Shown here: positions 1-8,847 of the stretch, in pieces
How positions within the stretch are numbered: the stretch's first letter is position 1
How the letters are laid out: every line of letters starts with the position of its first letter
NCBI GenBank assembly: GCA_040902295.1
Contig: JBBDXO010000294.1
Span: 3,232-43,096, forward strand
Length of the DNA: 39,865 bases
Direction: 5' to 3'
Source of the DNA: Candidatus Rokuibacteriota bacterium
GTDB lineage: Bacteria > Methylomirabilota > Methylomirabilia > Rokubacteriales > CSP1-6
Made by a program: the position numbers and the translations under genes
Notes under the pieces: model-generated
The model's input: only the letters and a program-made list of their open reading frames with translations
What the model was told of the DNA's origin: nothing
Database searches by the model: none

Positions 1-539
1 GCGGGGGGAGGGGTGGGGGCGGGCTCGATGCCGGCGATGTGGTGGTAGGAGATCTTGAATTCGTCGCCGTGGCGGTTGAGGACGAGGCCGGAGGAGGTGA
101 GCTCCTGGAGGGTGCCGGGGATGGGGTCGGAGACCCGGACGAGGGAGACGAGGACCTGGTGGCCGACGTGGGCGACGGCTTCGCGTTGCCAGAGGACGGC
201 CATGGTGGCGGTCATCTCGTCGAGCTCGTCGATGGGGCCGATGCCCGGCGCCGTCGCGGCCATGGAGCCCGGGGGCTGGGGCCGCGACGCCGTGGGCGGG
301 TCGCCGGCGGCGCGGACGAGGCCGCGGCTGAGCTCGGAGAGCCGAGCCATGATCGAGCGCAGGATGACGAAGCCGCCGAGTGAGATGAGCAGCGAGAGGC
401 CGAGGCCGATCTGCGCGCTGTCGCGGCCGAGAGCCTCGATCGTGTAGAGCGTCCACGTGAAGATCAGCAGCGGAAGCACCGTCATGAGCACGAAGATCGT
501 CGAGGCCGCCTGGAGCAGGCTCTGCGACCGGTCCGCCAC
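1..539 (-). CDS. Hypothetical membrane protein (2 N-terminal TM helices, helical linker, small beta-rich C-terminal domain); runs off window edge
   Basis: Hand translation from GTG 539: MADRSQSLLQAASTIFVLMTVLPLLIFTWTLY...GLSLLISLGGFVILRSIM...; open to position 1, GC3-rich codons, starts 12 nt after the stop of 552..2519. Absent from the ORF track because it has no stop in the window. Confidence 0.75.
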   Translation of the reverse strand, partial: MADRSQSLLQAASTIFVLMTVLPLLIFTWTLYTIEALGRDSAQIGLGLSLLISLGGFVILRSIMARLSELSRGLVRAAGDPPTASRPQPPGSMAATAPGIGPIDELDEMTATMAVLWQREAVAHVGHQVLVSLVRVSDPIPGTLQELTSSGLVLNRHGDEFKISYHHIAGIEPAPTPPP

Positions 540-551
540 GGCGGTGCCCTT

Positions 552-2519
552 CTACCGCTTCTTCGGCGCGAACGGTGAGGGCTTCGGCGGAGTGAAGGTG
601 GCGGCGGCGGGCGGTGCTGCGCGGGCCTTGCGCTTCAAGGTGATCGCCAGCTCGTAGGTCTTGTCGTTGTTGGGGTCCGGATTGAAGACGCCGATCCACA
701 CGAGACGATGTTGCTTGCCGAGCTCCGGGACCACCGTGCCGCCCGCCTTGTGCTTCTTCGGCGCCTCGGGCTGGCCCGTCACGGGCACGCTTACCACCCA
801 CGCACGATCGGAGGGGGCGTCGTTCTCCTTGAGCTTGACCTCGACGTCGGGGGGATCGGTGAGCTCGCCCGCCTCCACCTTGAAGAAGCGTGTGGTGAGG
901 GGACCGAGGGTCGCCGCGAAGAGCCGCGGCGCCCCGCGCTCGGCGTCGTCCGTCAACGATGCCATCTGGAGCGCCTTCGTCCCCGCCGGGTCGACGCGCA
1001 CGAAGCTGGCCGTCTCCGCCTGGCCTTCGGTGAGGCCGCCCTGCACCCACAAGCCGGGCTCGGGGATGACGCGGGTCATGACCTCCTTGACGAAATCCGG
1101 GTACGTCTTGTAGAGGCGGCCCTCGGCGACGACGTAGAGGTAGAGCTCCTGCCCGAGCTGGTAGGTCTGCTCCGTGCCTCGCGTCGTGAACTGCGGATTG
1201 AGCCGCGTGAGCGCTTCCTTCACGAACCCCTCTTCCTGCTTCTCCACGTGCTCGAGCAGTAGCGCGTACCCTTCGGCGAGGCGGCCGCCCTCGTGCTCGG
1301 CGCTCTTCTGGATGGGCACGGACAGCAGGTAGGGATAGCGCTTGAGTGTCTCCTTCGCCGCGTCCGCGAAGGAGGCGCCGCTGGCGCGGAACTCGTTCCA
1401 GCCCTTGCGAGCGCCCACCCACCATTGCGCGGTCTCGGCCGCCATCGCCTCCAGCGAGGCCTCGCGGTCCTGCTGCTCCTCCGAGCTCTCCACCTGCACC
1501 TTCGTGCCCGCGAGCCGGATCTGGGCGCCCGTGCTGGCCGGCGCCGACGTGACGACGGGCTGTGCGGGCGGCCTCACGGGCGGCGGCACCGGTAGAGGAG
1601 GCGGGGGCGCCTCGACGCTCCTCGCCACCGTGGGGCGCTCGATGAGGGGCGGCGGCGGGGCGGGTGTCCGCGCGGCAACGACGCGCTGGAGCGCCGCCGG
1701 CGTCTCTTCGGCCGCCTCCGCCTCCGGCTCCGGCGCGGCGGCGGCGGCGGCGAAGGAGACGCGCTCGGCGGCCGGCTCCGGCACGGCCGGTGGTGCGGGC
1801 GGCTCCGGAGCGGGCGCGGCCGGCGACGCGGTCGCGGCCCGCGCGGGAGCGGGCGCCCGTACCGGCTCGGGAGGCGCCTCGCCCTCGTTGCCGAGCTTGC
1901 CGCGCAGGGCGGCGAGAGCGAGGGGACGGCCGAAGCTCTGCGTGATCGCATCTTGAAGAAAGGCGCACCGGTCGTCGTCGAGCACGTTCCAGCCGTCCAC
2001 CAGCGCCACCAGCTCGGCGAACGCGCGCACGCGCCCGCTCACGATCGTGGCTTCCTCTCCTGGATTGTCCGGCTGCTGCGCGCTGATGGCCAGGTGCATG
2101 TCCCGCGCCTTGGCCTGGCAGGCGACCAGGCCGGCGAAGCCGCCGTCCTCGCGGTGGATCAGGGCGAGGACGCGGTCGAGGGTGGCCAGCGCCGTCTCGC
2201 GCGCGAGCTCCCACGCCGCCTGGCGCACGCGCCGCTCCTCCGCCTCGATCGCCTCCTGCAGCACTCGTTCGAGGTGCGCGAGCGACGTCAGCGAGGTGGG
2301 GTCGGGGATCGGCGACAGGGGAGCCGCCTGCTCGAGCAGCGCGTGCCGGAGCTCGACGAAGGCACGGCCCGTCTGTGCGAGAGCGTCGATGAGCTCGGCG
2401 TCCGGCATGACGGTGGCGATCATCGCGTCGGCGGCCGCGGCCGCCCGTTGCCCCGTGTCGCTGAAGCGGGTGCGCAGCGCGGAGAGCTGCCGCTGGAGAT
2501 CGTCGTGCGCCTGCTTCAC
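552..2519 (-). CDS. Hypothetical protein, 655 aa (helical N-domain, Pro/Ala-rich linker, globular C-domain)
   Basis: Long ORF with host-like codon usage and protein-like composition; GTG start. No family recognised. Confidence 0.8.
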   Translation of the reverse strand: MKQAHDDLQRQLSALRTRFSDTGQRAAAAADAMIATVMPDAELIDALAQTGRAFVELRHALLEQAAPLSPIPDPTSLTSLAHLERVLQEAIEAEERRVRQAAWELARETALATLDRVLALIHREDGGFAGLVACQAKARDMHLAISAQQPDNPGEEATIVSGRVRAFAELVALVDGWNVLDDDRCAFLQDAITQSFGRPLALAALRGKLGNEGEAPPEPVRAPAPARAATASPAAPAPEPPAPPAVPEPAAERVSFAAAAAAPEPEAEAAEETPAALQRVVAARTPAPPPPLIERPTVARSVEAPPPPLPVPPPVRPPAQPVVTSAPASTGAQIRLAGTKVQVESSEEQQDREASLEAMAAETAQWWVGARKGWNEFRASGASFADAAKETLKRYPYLLSVPIQKSAEHEGGRLAEGYALLLEHVEKQEEGFVKEALTRLNPQFTTRGTEQTYQLGQELYLYVVAEGRLYKTYPDFVKEVMTRVIPEPGLWVQGGLTEGQAETASFVRVDPAGTKALQMASLTDDAERGAPRLFAATLGPLTTRFFKVEAGELTDPPDVEVKLKENDAPSDRAWVVSVPVTGQPEAPKKHKAGGTVVPELGKQHRLVWIGVFNPDPNNDKTYELAITLKRKARAAPPAAATFTPPKPSPFAPKKR

Positions 2520-2695
2520 CGCCGGCCGCCTGGAGATGTCGTCATGGCAAAGCCGCGCCTAGTATAGCGGAGGGCGCCGCCAGAACGTGACAAGCCCTTC
2601 GCCGTTCGACTACACTGCCAAGCACACGTGCACGCGCGGACGGAGGGCACACGCATGGCCGAGGGCGAGGTCGGGATCACGGTGTGGGAGCTCAG

Positions 2696-3637
2696 GTGAG
2701 CGAGCCGGCGGCCCGGCAGGTCTACCACCGGATCGCCGCCAACCTCGCCACCGTGATGCGCGGCCAGACGCTGGCCATTCGCCGCCTGCTCGCCGCCTTC
2801 GCCAGCGGCGGCCACGTGCTGCTCGAGGACTTCCCCGGCACGGGCAAGACGACGCTCGCCAAGGCCCTGGCGCGCTCCATCGGCGTGAGCTTCAAGCGCA
2901 TTCAGTTCACGCCCGACCTGCTGCCCTCGGACATCCTCGGCGTGTCCATCTACGACCAGCGCGAGCAGACCTTCCGCTTCCACGAGGGACCCATCTTCAC
3001 CAACGTGCTGCTCGCCGACGAGATCAACCGGGCGTCGCCCCGCACGCAGTCGGCGCTGCTGGAGGCGATGGGCGAGAGCCAGGTCACGCTCGACGGCACC
3101 ACCTATCCGCTGCGCGACCTCTTCTTCGTCATCGCCACCCAGAACCCGGTGGAGTTCCGGGGCACCTACCCGCTGCCGGAAGCGCAGATGGACCGGTTCG
3201 CGCTCCAGTTCGGCCTGGGCTACGTGGAGCCCGCGGACGAGGTCGGCATTCTCTCCGCCCAGGAGCACGGTCATCCCGTGGACACCCTCGCCGCCTGCGT
3301 GGGGCTGGAGGAGGTGGCGCTGCTGCGCGCCCAGGTGCGCGGGGTGCGGGTGGCGGGCGAGCTGAAGCGGTACGTCGTGGACGTCGTGCGCGCGACCCGC
3401 ACCATGGTGGGGGTGCAGCTCGGCGCCAGTGCGCGCGCCTCCCTGGCGCTCGTGGCGGCCGCGCAGGCGCTCGCGCTCTTCGACGGCGACACGTTCGTGA
3501 CGCCCGAGCACGTGCAGGAGATGGCGGGGCCGGTGATCGCCCATCGTCTCGCGCTCGAGCCTCAGGCGCGCTTCTCGGGGCTGACCGCCGACGGCGTGGT
3601 GGCGGACATCCTCAAGGCCGTGCCCGTGCCGGCCTAG
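2696..3637 (+). CDS. moxR: MoxR family AAA+ ATPase
   Basis: Walker A PGTGKT, RIQFTPDLLPSD, Walker B LLADEINRASPRTQSALLEAM, ATQNP, LPEAQMDRF. GTG 2696 follows GGAG (alternative start 2684). Confidence 0.95.
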   Translation: MSEPAARQVYHRIAANLATVMRGQTLAIRRLLAAFASGGHVLLEDFPGTGKTTLAKALARSIGVSFKRIQFTPDLLPSDILGVSIYDQREQTFRFHEGPIFTNVLLADEINRASPRTQSALLEAMGESQVTLDGTTYPLRDLFFVIATQNPVEFRGTYPLPEAQMDRFALQFGLGYVEPADEVGILSAQEHGHPVDTLAACVGLEEVALLRAQVRGVRVAGELKRYVVDVVRATRTMVGVQLGASARASLALVAAAQALALFDGDTFVTPEHVQEMAGPVIAHRLALEPQARFSGLTADGVVADILKAVPVPA

Positions 3638-4971
3638 TGCGGCTCAGGCGCGCCGCCTACCGCGCCTTCCGGTCCAGCGCCGCGCTGCAACACGTGCTCG
3701 TCCGCCGCCTCACGCCCGCCGGGCGCCTCGTCCTCGCCGCGCTGGCGGCGGCGGCCATCATCGGCCCCAACACCCGTCTCACCGTGGCGTACCAGGCGTT
3801 CACGTTCCTCGTCGCGCTGCTGGCGATCGCGACGGCGTTGAGCGCGCGCGTGCCGCCCCGGCTCGGCGTGCGCCGGCGGCTGCCGCGCTTCGGCACCGCC
3901 GGCGAGCCGCTCGTGTACACGGTGACGCTCCAGAACCCGACCGGCCGCCTGCAGTCCGGGCTCGTCCTCATGGAAGATCTCGAGGACCCGCGGCCCACGT
4001 TCGAGGCCTTCGTCACCCAGCGCGAGCCCGGCGAGGAGCGGCGGAACTGGTTCGATCGCACGGTGGGCTTTCCCCGCTGGGCGTGGCTGATGGCCCGCGC
4101 GCGTCGCGCCGCCATCGAGGCGCAGCCGCTGCCCCCGCTGCCCTCGCGGCAGGAGGTGGACGTGCGCATCGAGGTCACGCCCGTCAGTCGCGGCTCGCTG
4201 CGCTTCACGGGGGTGACGGTGGCGCGGCCGGATCCGCTCGGTCTCGTGCGCTCGCTCGCCGAGGTGCCGGCCCCCGCCTCCATCCTCGTGCTGCCGCGGC
4301 GCTACCCGTTACCGCGCTTCGAGCTGCCCGGCGCGCGGCGCCACCAGCCGGGCGGCGTCGCGCTCGCGTCGTCGGTCGGCGATTCGGAGGAGTTCCTGTC
4401 GTTGCGCGACTACCGCCCGGGCGATCCATTGCGCCGCATCCACTGGCGGAGCTGGGCGCGCGCGGGGCGGCCGGTCGTCAAGGAGCTGCACGACGAGTTC
4501 TTCGTTCGCCACGCGCTCCTCCTCGACACCTTCCTGCCGCCGGGCGGCGATGCGCGCTTCGAGGAGGCGGTGTCCGTGGCGGCCTCATTCGTCGGCGGCA
4601 CCGGCTCCCAGGAGGCCCTGCTCGACCTGATGTTCGTGGGGCCCGAGGCCTACACGTTCACGGCGGGTCGCGGGGTGGGCCATGTCGATCGCATGCTCGA
4701 GGTTCTCGCCTCCGTGCGGCCGTGCACCGACCGCGCCTTTGCCGCGCTGGCGGATCTCGTCGTCTCGCGTCATACCGGCCTCAGCGGCGCCATCTGCGTC
4801 TTCCTGGCCTGGGACGACGCGCGCCGCTCGCTCATCGACACGCTGCGCGGGCTCGGCGTACCGGTCCTCGTGCTCCTGGTCGAGGACGCCGCCGTCCCCG
4901 GGACGGCCGAGCCCGACGGTGTTCATCGCCTCACCGCCGGCAACATCGCGCAGGGGCTGGCACGCCTGTGA
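3637..4971 (+). CDS. DUF58 domain protein (MoxR-associated)
   Basis: EFLSLRDYRPGDPLRRIHWRSWAR..VVKE motif; GTG overlaps the moxR stop. Confidence 0.9.
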   Translation: MRLRRAAYRAFRSSAALQHVLVRRLTPAGRLVLAALAAAAIIGPNTRLTVAYQAFTFLVALLAIATALSARVPPRLGVRRRLPRFGTAGEPLVYTVTLQNPTGRLQSGLVLMEDLEDPRPTFEAFVTQREPGEERRNWFDRTVGFPRWAWLMARARRAAIEAQPLPPLPSRQEVDVRIEVTPVSRGSLRFTGVTVARPDPLGLVRSLAEVPAPASILVLPRRYPLPRFELPGARRHQPGGVALASSVGDSEEFLSLRDYRPGDPLRRIHWRSWARAGRPVVKELHDEFFVRHALLLDTFLPPGGDARFEEAVSVAASFVGGTGSQEALLDLMFVGPEAYTFTAGRGVGHVDRMLEVLASVRPCTDRAFAALADLVVSRHTGLSGAICVFLAWDDARRSLIDTLRGLGVPVLVLLVEDAAVPGTAEPDGVHRLTAGNIAQGLARL

Positions 4972-7013
4972 CGCCGCCGGGACTGCTGGGCGTCGCGCTG
5001 CTGTTCTGGGGGTGGCAGACCGGCTTCCTCGCGGTGGGCGCGGGGATGGCGCTCGCGACGGAAGCGCGGCACGTGATCCGGTGGCGCTGGGACCTGGCGC
5101 GCGCCGATTTCAACCGCGTGTCGGACCTCAGCGCGGTCCTGCTCGTCGTGATCGCCGTCTACCAGGTCCTCGGCAACGAGTCCGCGCGCGCGATCACCGG
5201 CCTCTTCCAGTGGCTGCCGCTCACGGTCTTCCCGCTCGTCTTCTGTCAGGTGTACAGCGTGGTGGGCACGGTCGACGCCTCCATTTTCTTCTGGTCCCTG
5301 CGGCGCCGGGCGGACGCGGAGCCGTCGCGACCCGGCACGCCGGTCGACCTGACGTATCCGTACTTCGCCCTCGTCGTGCTCGCGTCGAGCGCCGCCAACG
5401 TGCGCTCGCCATCCTTCTATGTGGGGCTGTGCGCGCTCACGGCGTGGGCGCTCTGGCGGTTGCGCTCGCGGCGCTACGCGACCGTGTCCTGGGCCGCCGC
5501 GGTGGCGGGGGCGGTGGCACTCGGGTATGCGGGGCACCTCGGCCTGGCCGAGATGCAGCGCGCGCTCGAGCAGCGCGCCTCCGCGTGGCTCCTCGAATAC
5601 ATCCGCCGGGACACGGACCCGTATCGCAGCTCGACGGCCATCGGTCAGCTCGGCACCGTCAAGCTGTCCGATGCCATCGTCCTCCGCGTGGACGCTCCCG
5701 ACGGCCGCCGTCCGCTGCTGCTGCGGGACGCGGCCTACAACGTCTACAGCTCCCCCGTGTGGTTCGCCACCGACGCCGGCTTCACCGCCGTCCGCGCCGA
5801 GGGCGACGGCGCCTCCTGGTCGCTGGCGGACGCCCCGGCCCCCGCCGCCGACTCCGTGACGATCTCGGCCTACCTGCGCCGCGGCACGGGGATGCTGGCC
5901 ATGCCTGCCGGCACCACGAGACTCGACGGCCTCGTGGTGGTCGAGCTGAGCCGCAACCGGCTCGGGGCCGTGAAGGTGGAGGAGGGGCTGGGGCTCGTGC
6001 GCTACGACGCCCGTTTCGGGCGGGCGGCGGTCAGCGACGGCCCGCCCACGCCCGCGGACCTCGCCATGCCCCCGCGGGAAGCGGACGTCGTCGCGCGCGT
6101 GCTGGGTGAGCTGAGCGTGGGACAGGGCCCGCCCGCCGACATCGTGAATCGCGTGCGAGGCTTCTTCATGGGCCGGTTCACGTACTCACGGTTTCTCCGG
6201 GGCTCCACCGTCGGCGTCTCGCCCCTGGAGGACTTCCTGGTGCGCACGCGCGCGGGCCACTGCGAGTACTTCGCCACCGCCACCGTGCTCCTGCTGCGCG
6301 GGGCCGGCATTCCCGCCCGCTACGCGGTGGGCTATGCCGTCCACGAGTGGAGCGGGCTCGAGCGCCGCTACGTGGTGCGCGCCAGCGACGCGCACTCGTG
6401 GGCGCTGGCGTGGATCGACGGCGCCTGGCGCGAGATCGACACCACGCCGCCCGAATGGATGGGGGACACCGACACCGCCCTGCTGCGGCCGCTCGACGAT
6501 CTGTGGTCGTGGCTGACCTTCGGCTTCTCGCGATGGCGGTGGGGCGAGCGCGACGACCGTCTCACCACCAGCGTGGGATGGCTGCTCGTGCCGCTGCTCG
6601 CCATCCTCGGCTGGCGGCTGTACGTGCGGCGCCGTGTGAGCACGCCGCCGCCGGCGCCGCCGCGCCGCGTGGCGCCCCCGCGCGGCGCCGACTCCGAGTT
6701 CTACCTCGTCGAGCGCCGGCTCCAGGCGCTCACGTTCGAGCGCGCGCCCGGCGAGCCGCTCTCCGCGTGGCTGAGACGGATCGAGGCTGCCCACGTGCCC
6801 GGCCTCGCGATGGCGCCGGTGGCGGCCATGCTGACGCTGCACTACCGCTACCGCTTCGATCCCGACGGCCTGCCCGAGGAGGAGCGCCGGACCCTGGCCT
6901 CGTCCGCCCGCCACTGGCTCGATCGATCAGATGTGAGGCTTGAATCGGCGGCTGCCTCCGGCGGCGCCGGCGGTGGGACGGCGCCGGGGAGCCCGGCGCG
7001 GCCCCCCCGGTAG
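4968..7013 (+). CDS. Membrane transglutaminase-like protein (TgpA type)
   Basis: Multiple N-terminal TM segments; putative Cys-His-Asp triad GHCEYFA / DAHSWA / EIDTTP; GTGA overlap with the DUF58 gene. Confidence 0.9.
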   Translation: MTPPGLLGVALLFWGWQTGFLAVGAGMALATEARHVIRWRWDLARADFNRVSDLSAVLLVVIAVYQVLGNESARAITGLFQWLPLTVFPLVFCQVYSVVGTVDASIFFWSLRRRADAEPSRPGTPVDLTYPYFALVVLASSAANVRSPSFYVGLCALTAWALWRLRSRRYATVSWAAAVAGAVALGYAGHLGLAEMQRALEQRASAWLLEYIRRDTDPYRSSTAIGQLGTVKLSDAIVLRVDAPDGRRPLLLRDAAYNVYSSPVWFATDAGFTAVRAEGDGASWSLADAPAPAADSVTISAYLRRGTGMLAMPAGTTRLDGLVVVELSRNRLGAVKVEEGLGLVRYDARFGRAAVSDGPPTPADLAMPPREADVVARVLGELSVGQGPPADIVNRVRGFFMGRFTYSRFLRGSTVGVSPLEDFLVRTRAGHCEYFATATVLLLRGAGIPARYAVGYAVHEWSGLERRYVVRASDAHSWALAWIDGAWREIDTTPPEWMGDTDTALLRPLDDLWSWLTFGFSRWRWGERDDRLTTSVGWLLVPLLAILGWRLYVRRRVSTPPPAPPRRVAPPRGADSEFYLVERRLQALTFERAPGEPLSAWLRRIEAAHVPGLAMAPVAAMLTLHYRYRFDPDGLPEEERRTLASSARHWLDRSDVRLESAAASGGAGGGTAPGSPARPPR

Positions 7014-7259
7014 CCCGATCAGCGCCAGCTTGGCGGGACGCGAGAGCTTCTTGAGCGCATGCTCGCGGCGGCTGGCGGAGGAGCGGTCCGGCCAGCGCTC
7101 GGTGTGGACGACACGGACGGGGCGCCGCGTGCGCGTATATTTCGAAGCCGAGCCCACGTTGTGCGCGGCCAGGCGCCGGCTCATGGTGGTGGTGATGCCC
7201 GCGTACAGCGTGCCGTCGGCGCATTCGAGGAGGTAGCAGAACCATCCCGTCGAAGCCAT
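6927..7259 (-). CDS. GIY-YIG nuclease family protein (UPF0213/YhbQ-like)
   Basis: CYLLECADGTLYAGIT...RRLAAHN.G.ASKYTR.RRPV...RREHALKKLSR. Confidence 0.9.
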   Translation of the reverse strand: MASTGWFCYLLECADGTLYAGITTTMSRRLAAHNVGSASKYTRTRRPVRVVHTERWPDRSSASRREHALKKLSRPAKLALIGLPGGPRRAPRRRPTAGAAGGSRRFKPHI

Positions 7260-7279
7260 CGGACGTCACGCATCCTAGC

Positions 7280-8140
7280 ATCGCCGCCCGCGATCTCCAG
7301 CGTCTGCGCGACGAGCGCTTCCGTCGCCGGCCGGCGCTGCGCGTCCGGAGCGCGCGCGGCGCGCTCGCCTTCGTCAACGCGGTCGGCTTCTGCTCCACCT
7401 TCTACTGCCTGCCGGAGGGTGTGCCGTGCCTCTGGGAGGCGGTGGTGGGCCGCGCCCATCCGCGCTGGCCGCGGCGCTCGCACCACGATGACGGCGTGGG
7501 CCTGACGTGGCGGCTGAAGGACGAGCTGCCGGCGGCGCGGCGGGTGTACTACGGCAAGCTCCTGCGCGGCCGCCCCATGCTGGTGGCGCTCGATCTGTTT
7601 CCGGCCTTCTACGCGCTCGCGCGCGGGCGCCAGCGCGCGCGCGACTACCGCGCCGAGTACGAGGGGGGCCGCCTGTCGCACACCGCCCGACGGCTGATGG
7701 ACGCGCTCGTGCGCGAGCACCCGCAGTACACCCGCGAGCTGCGCGGCAACACATTCCTGCTCGAGCCCGGCCGCACGCGCGAGTTCGAGCGCGCGATGGC
7801 CGAGCTGCAGCAGGGGCTGTGGATCGTCAAGAGCGAGGAGCGGTACGAGCCGACCTTCTCCTATCGCTGGGACCTGCTGGAGGCGTGGCTGCCGGAGGCC
7901 GTGGCCGAAGGCCGGCGCATCCCGCGCGCCGCCGCCCTCGACGCCGTGGTGGCACGCTACGCGAACGCCGCCGTCTTCACACGCCTTCCCATCCTGCGCC
8001 GCCTCTTCGCCGTCCCCGCCCCCGAAGCCGTTGCCAGCATCACCCGCCTGGTCAAGCGCGGCGTCCTCGTCGAGCGCGAAGTCCCCGGCCTACCAGGCCG
8101 CTGCCTGGTCATCACACGCAGGGGGGCTGTCGTCAGGTGA
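7280..8140 (+). CDS. AlkZ-related winged-helix protein (putative crosslink-repair DNA glycosylase); start uncertain
   Basis: PCLWEAV, WRLKDEL..RRVYYGKLLRGRP, FERAMAELQ..LWIVK, YRWDL. Frame is open and protein-like well upstream of the first canonical start (GTG 7421); 7280 is an ATC candidate. Confidence 0.6.
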   Translation: MAARDLQRLRDERFRRRPALRVRSARGALAFVNAVGFCSTFYCLPEGVPCLWEAVVGRAHPRWPRRSHHDDGVGLTWRLKDELPAARRVYYGKLLRGRPMLVALDLFPAFYALARGRQRARDYRAEYEGGRLSHTARRLMDALVREHPQYTRELRGNTFLLEPGRTREFERAMAELQQGLWIVKSEERYEPTFSYRWDLLEAWLPEAVAEGRRIPRAAALDAVVARYANAAVFTRLPILRRLFAVPAPEAVASITRLVKRGVLVEREVPGLPGRCLVITRRGAVVR

Positions 8141-8166
8141 GTGGGCAGTTGGCTCGCGCGCTTTGC

Positions 8167-8781
8167 TCAGCGCAGGTTGCCCCAGAGCGTGGGGCCTGCC
8201 TCGGCCACTTCTTGGAGGGTGTACGTGCGGCCGGGGCGGGGTTGGGTGGGAAGCCAGTGGTGGACGTGCTCGACCGAGCAGTAGAAGTTCACGAGCGGTC
8301 ACGTGTACTCGCGCAGGGAGCGACCGGGGTCGGCGTCCGCGGCCCGGATGACGACGTCGGGCGCCACGCGCGCGAGCTGCCCACCGGTGATCGAGATCGT
8401 GATGGGCGCGCGGCACGCGTGGCAGCGTGATGTCACGCGCGCGTCGGCGCCGAGCGCGGCGGGGATGCCCACGGCGTCCACGGCGCAGCAGGCGTACAGC
8501 GCAGGGCCCTCGCGCACGTGCAGCCGGTGGTCCGTGGGCGGGCGCGACAGCCCGCGCGCGACCGTGATGGCGCCGGCGCTGATGGCGAGCACGCCTTTCC
8601 CTTCGAGCGCGGCGAGTACGCGCCCGCCGGCTTCGGCGTCAATGTCGAGGCCGGAAAGGACGTCCGGGATCAGGGCGGGCGCGCCCGTGAGCAGCGCATT
8701 GAAGCAGGCGCGCGCGACGGCGACCTCTTCCGGGGTGTAGCCGCGCGCGCGCTCGGCGAGGTCGTCGAGAAAGCCGGCCAC
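8167..8781 (-). CDS. merB: MerB-like organomercurial lyase, predicted selenoprotein (Sec161 encoded by TGA 8301-8299), 204 aa
   Basis: GLSRPPTDHRL...LYACCAVDAVGIP (MerB Cys96/Asp99 motif) and VTSRCHAC (Cys117-like). Readthrough of TGA gives EYT-U-PLVNFYCSVEHVHHW...YTLQEVAEAGPTLWGNLR*, matching the MerB C159 'C.xVxFF.S' motif and C-terminal helix. Confidence 0.85.
8260..8292 (-). promoter_or_regulatory. Putative bacterial SECIS element
   Basis: mRNA reads UGA-CCGCUC-GUGAAC-UUCUAC-UGCUC-GGUC-GAGCA-C-GUCCAC: a 5-bp upper stem with a GGUC apical loop 23 nt after UGA, plus a lower stem GUGAAC/GUCCAC with one mismatch. Confidence 0.7.
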
Positions 8782-8788
8782 GCCCGCG

Positions 8789-8794
8789 ATTATA
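8789..8794 (-). promoter_or_regulatory. -10 box (TATAAT) for a probably leaderless merB mRNA
   Basis: Perfect TATAAT 7 nt upstream of GTG 8781 in an otherwise GC-rich region; no SD motif. Confidence 0.6.
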
Positions 8795-8817
8795 TGATTT
8801 ACACCCGGCCACGTCGC

Positions 8818-8833
8818 TGGCATGGCATTCGCT
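8818..8833 (+). promoter_or_regulatory. Putative sigma54 (-24/-12) promoter
   Basis: TGGCATGGCATTCGCT has GG-N10-GC spacing and ends 14 nt before ATG 8848. Confidence 0.5.
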
Positions 8834-8847
8834 CATTCGTTGCGGCC

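Noticed and set aside
6927-7013. Functional significance of the convergent 3' overlaps (tgpA/GIY-YIG here; also ridA/ligD and 16424-16461)
   Set aside because: The overlapping tails are low-complexity extensions expected from stop-codon scarcity in GC-rich DNA.
8299-8823. ORF-track version of merB (174 aa ending at TGA), read as a truncated gene or pseudogene
   Set aside because: MerB-like sequence continues past the TGA and a SECIS-like hairpin follows. The 14 N-terminal codons span the TATAAT promoter, so GTG 8781 is the better start.
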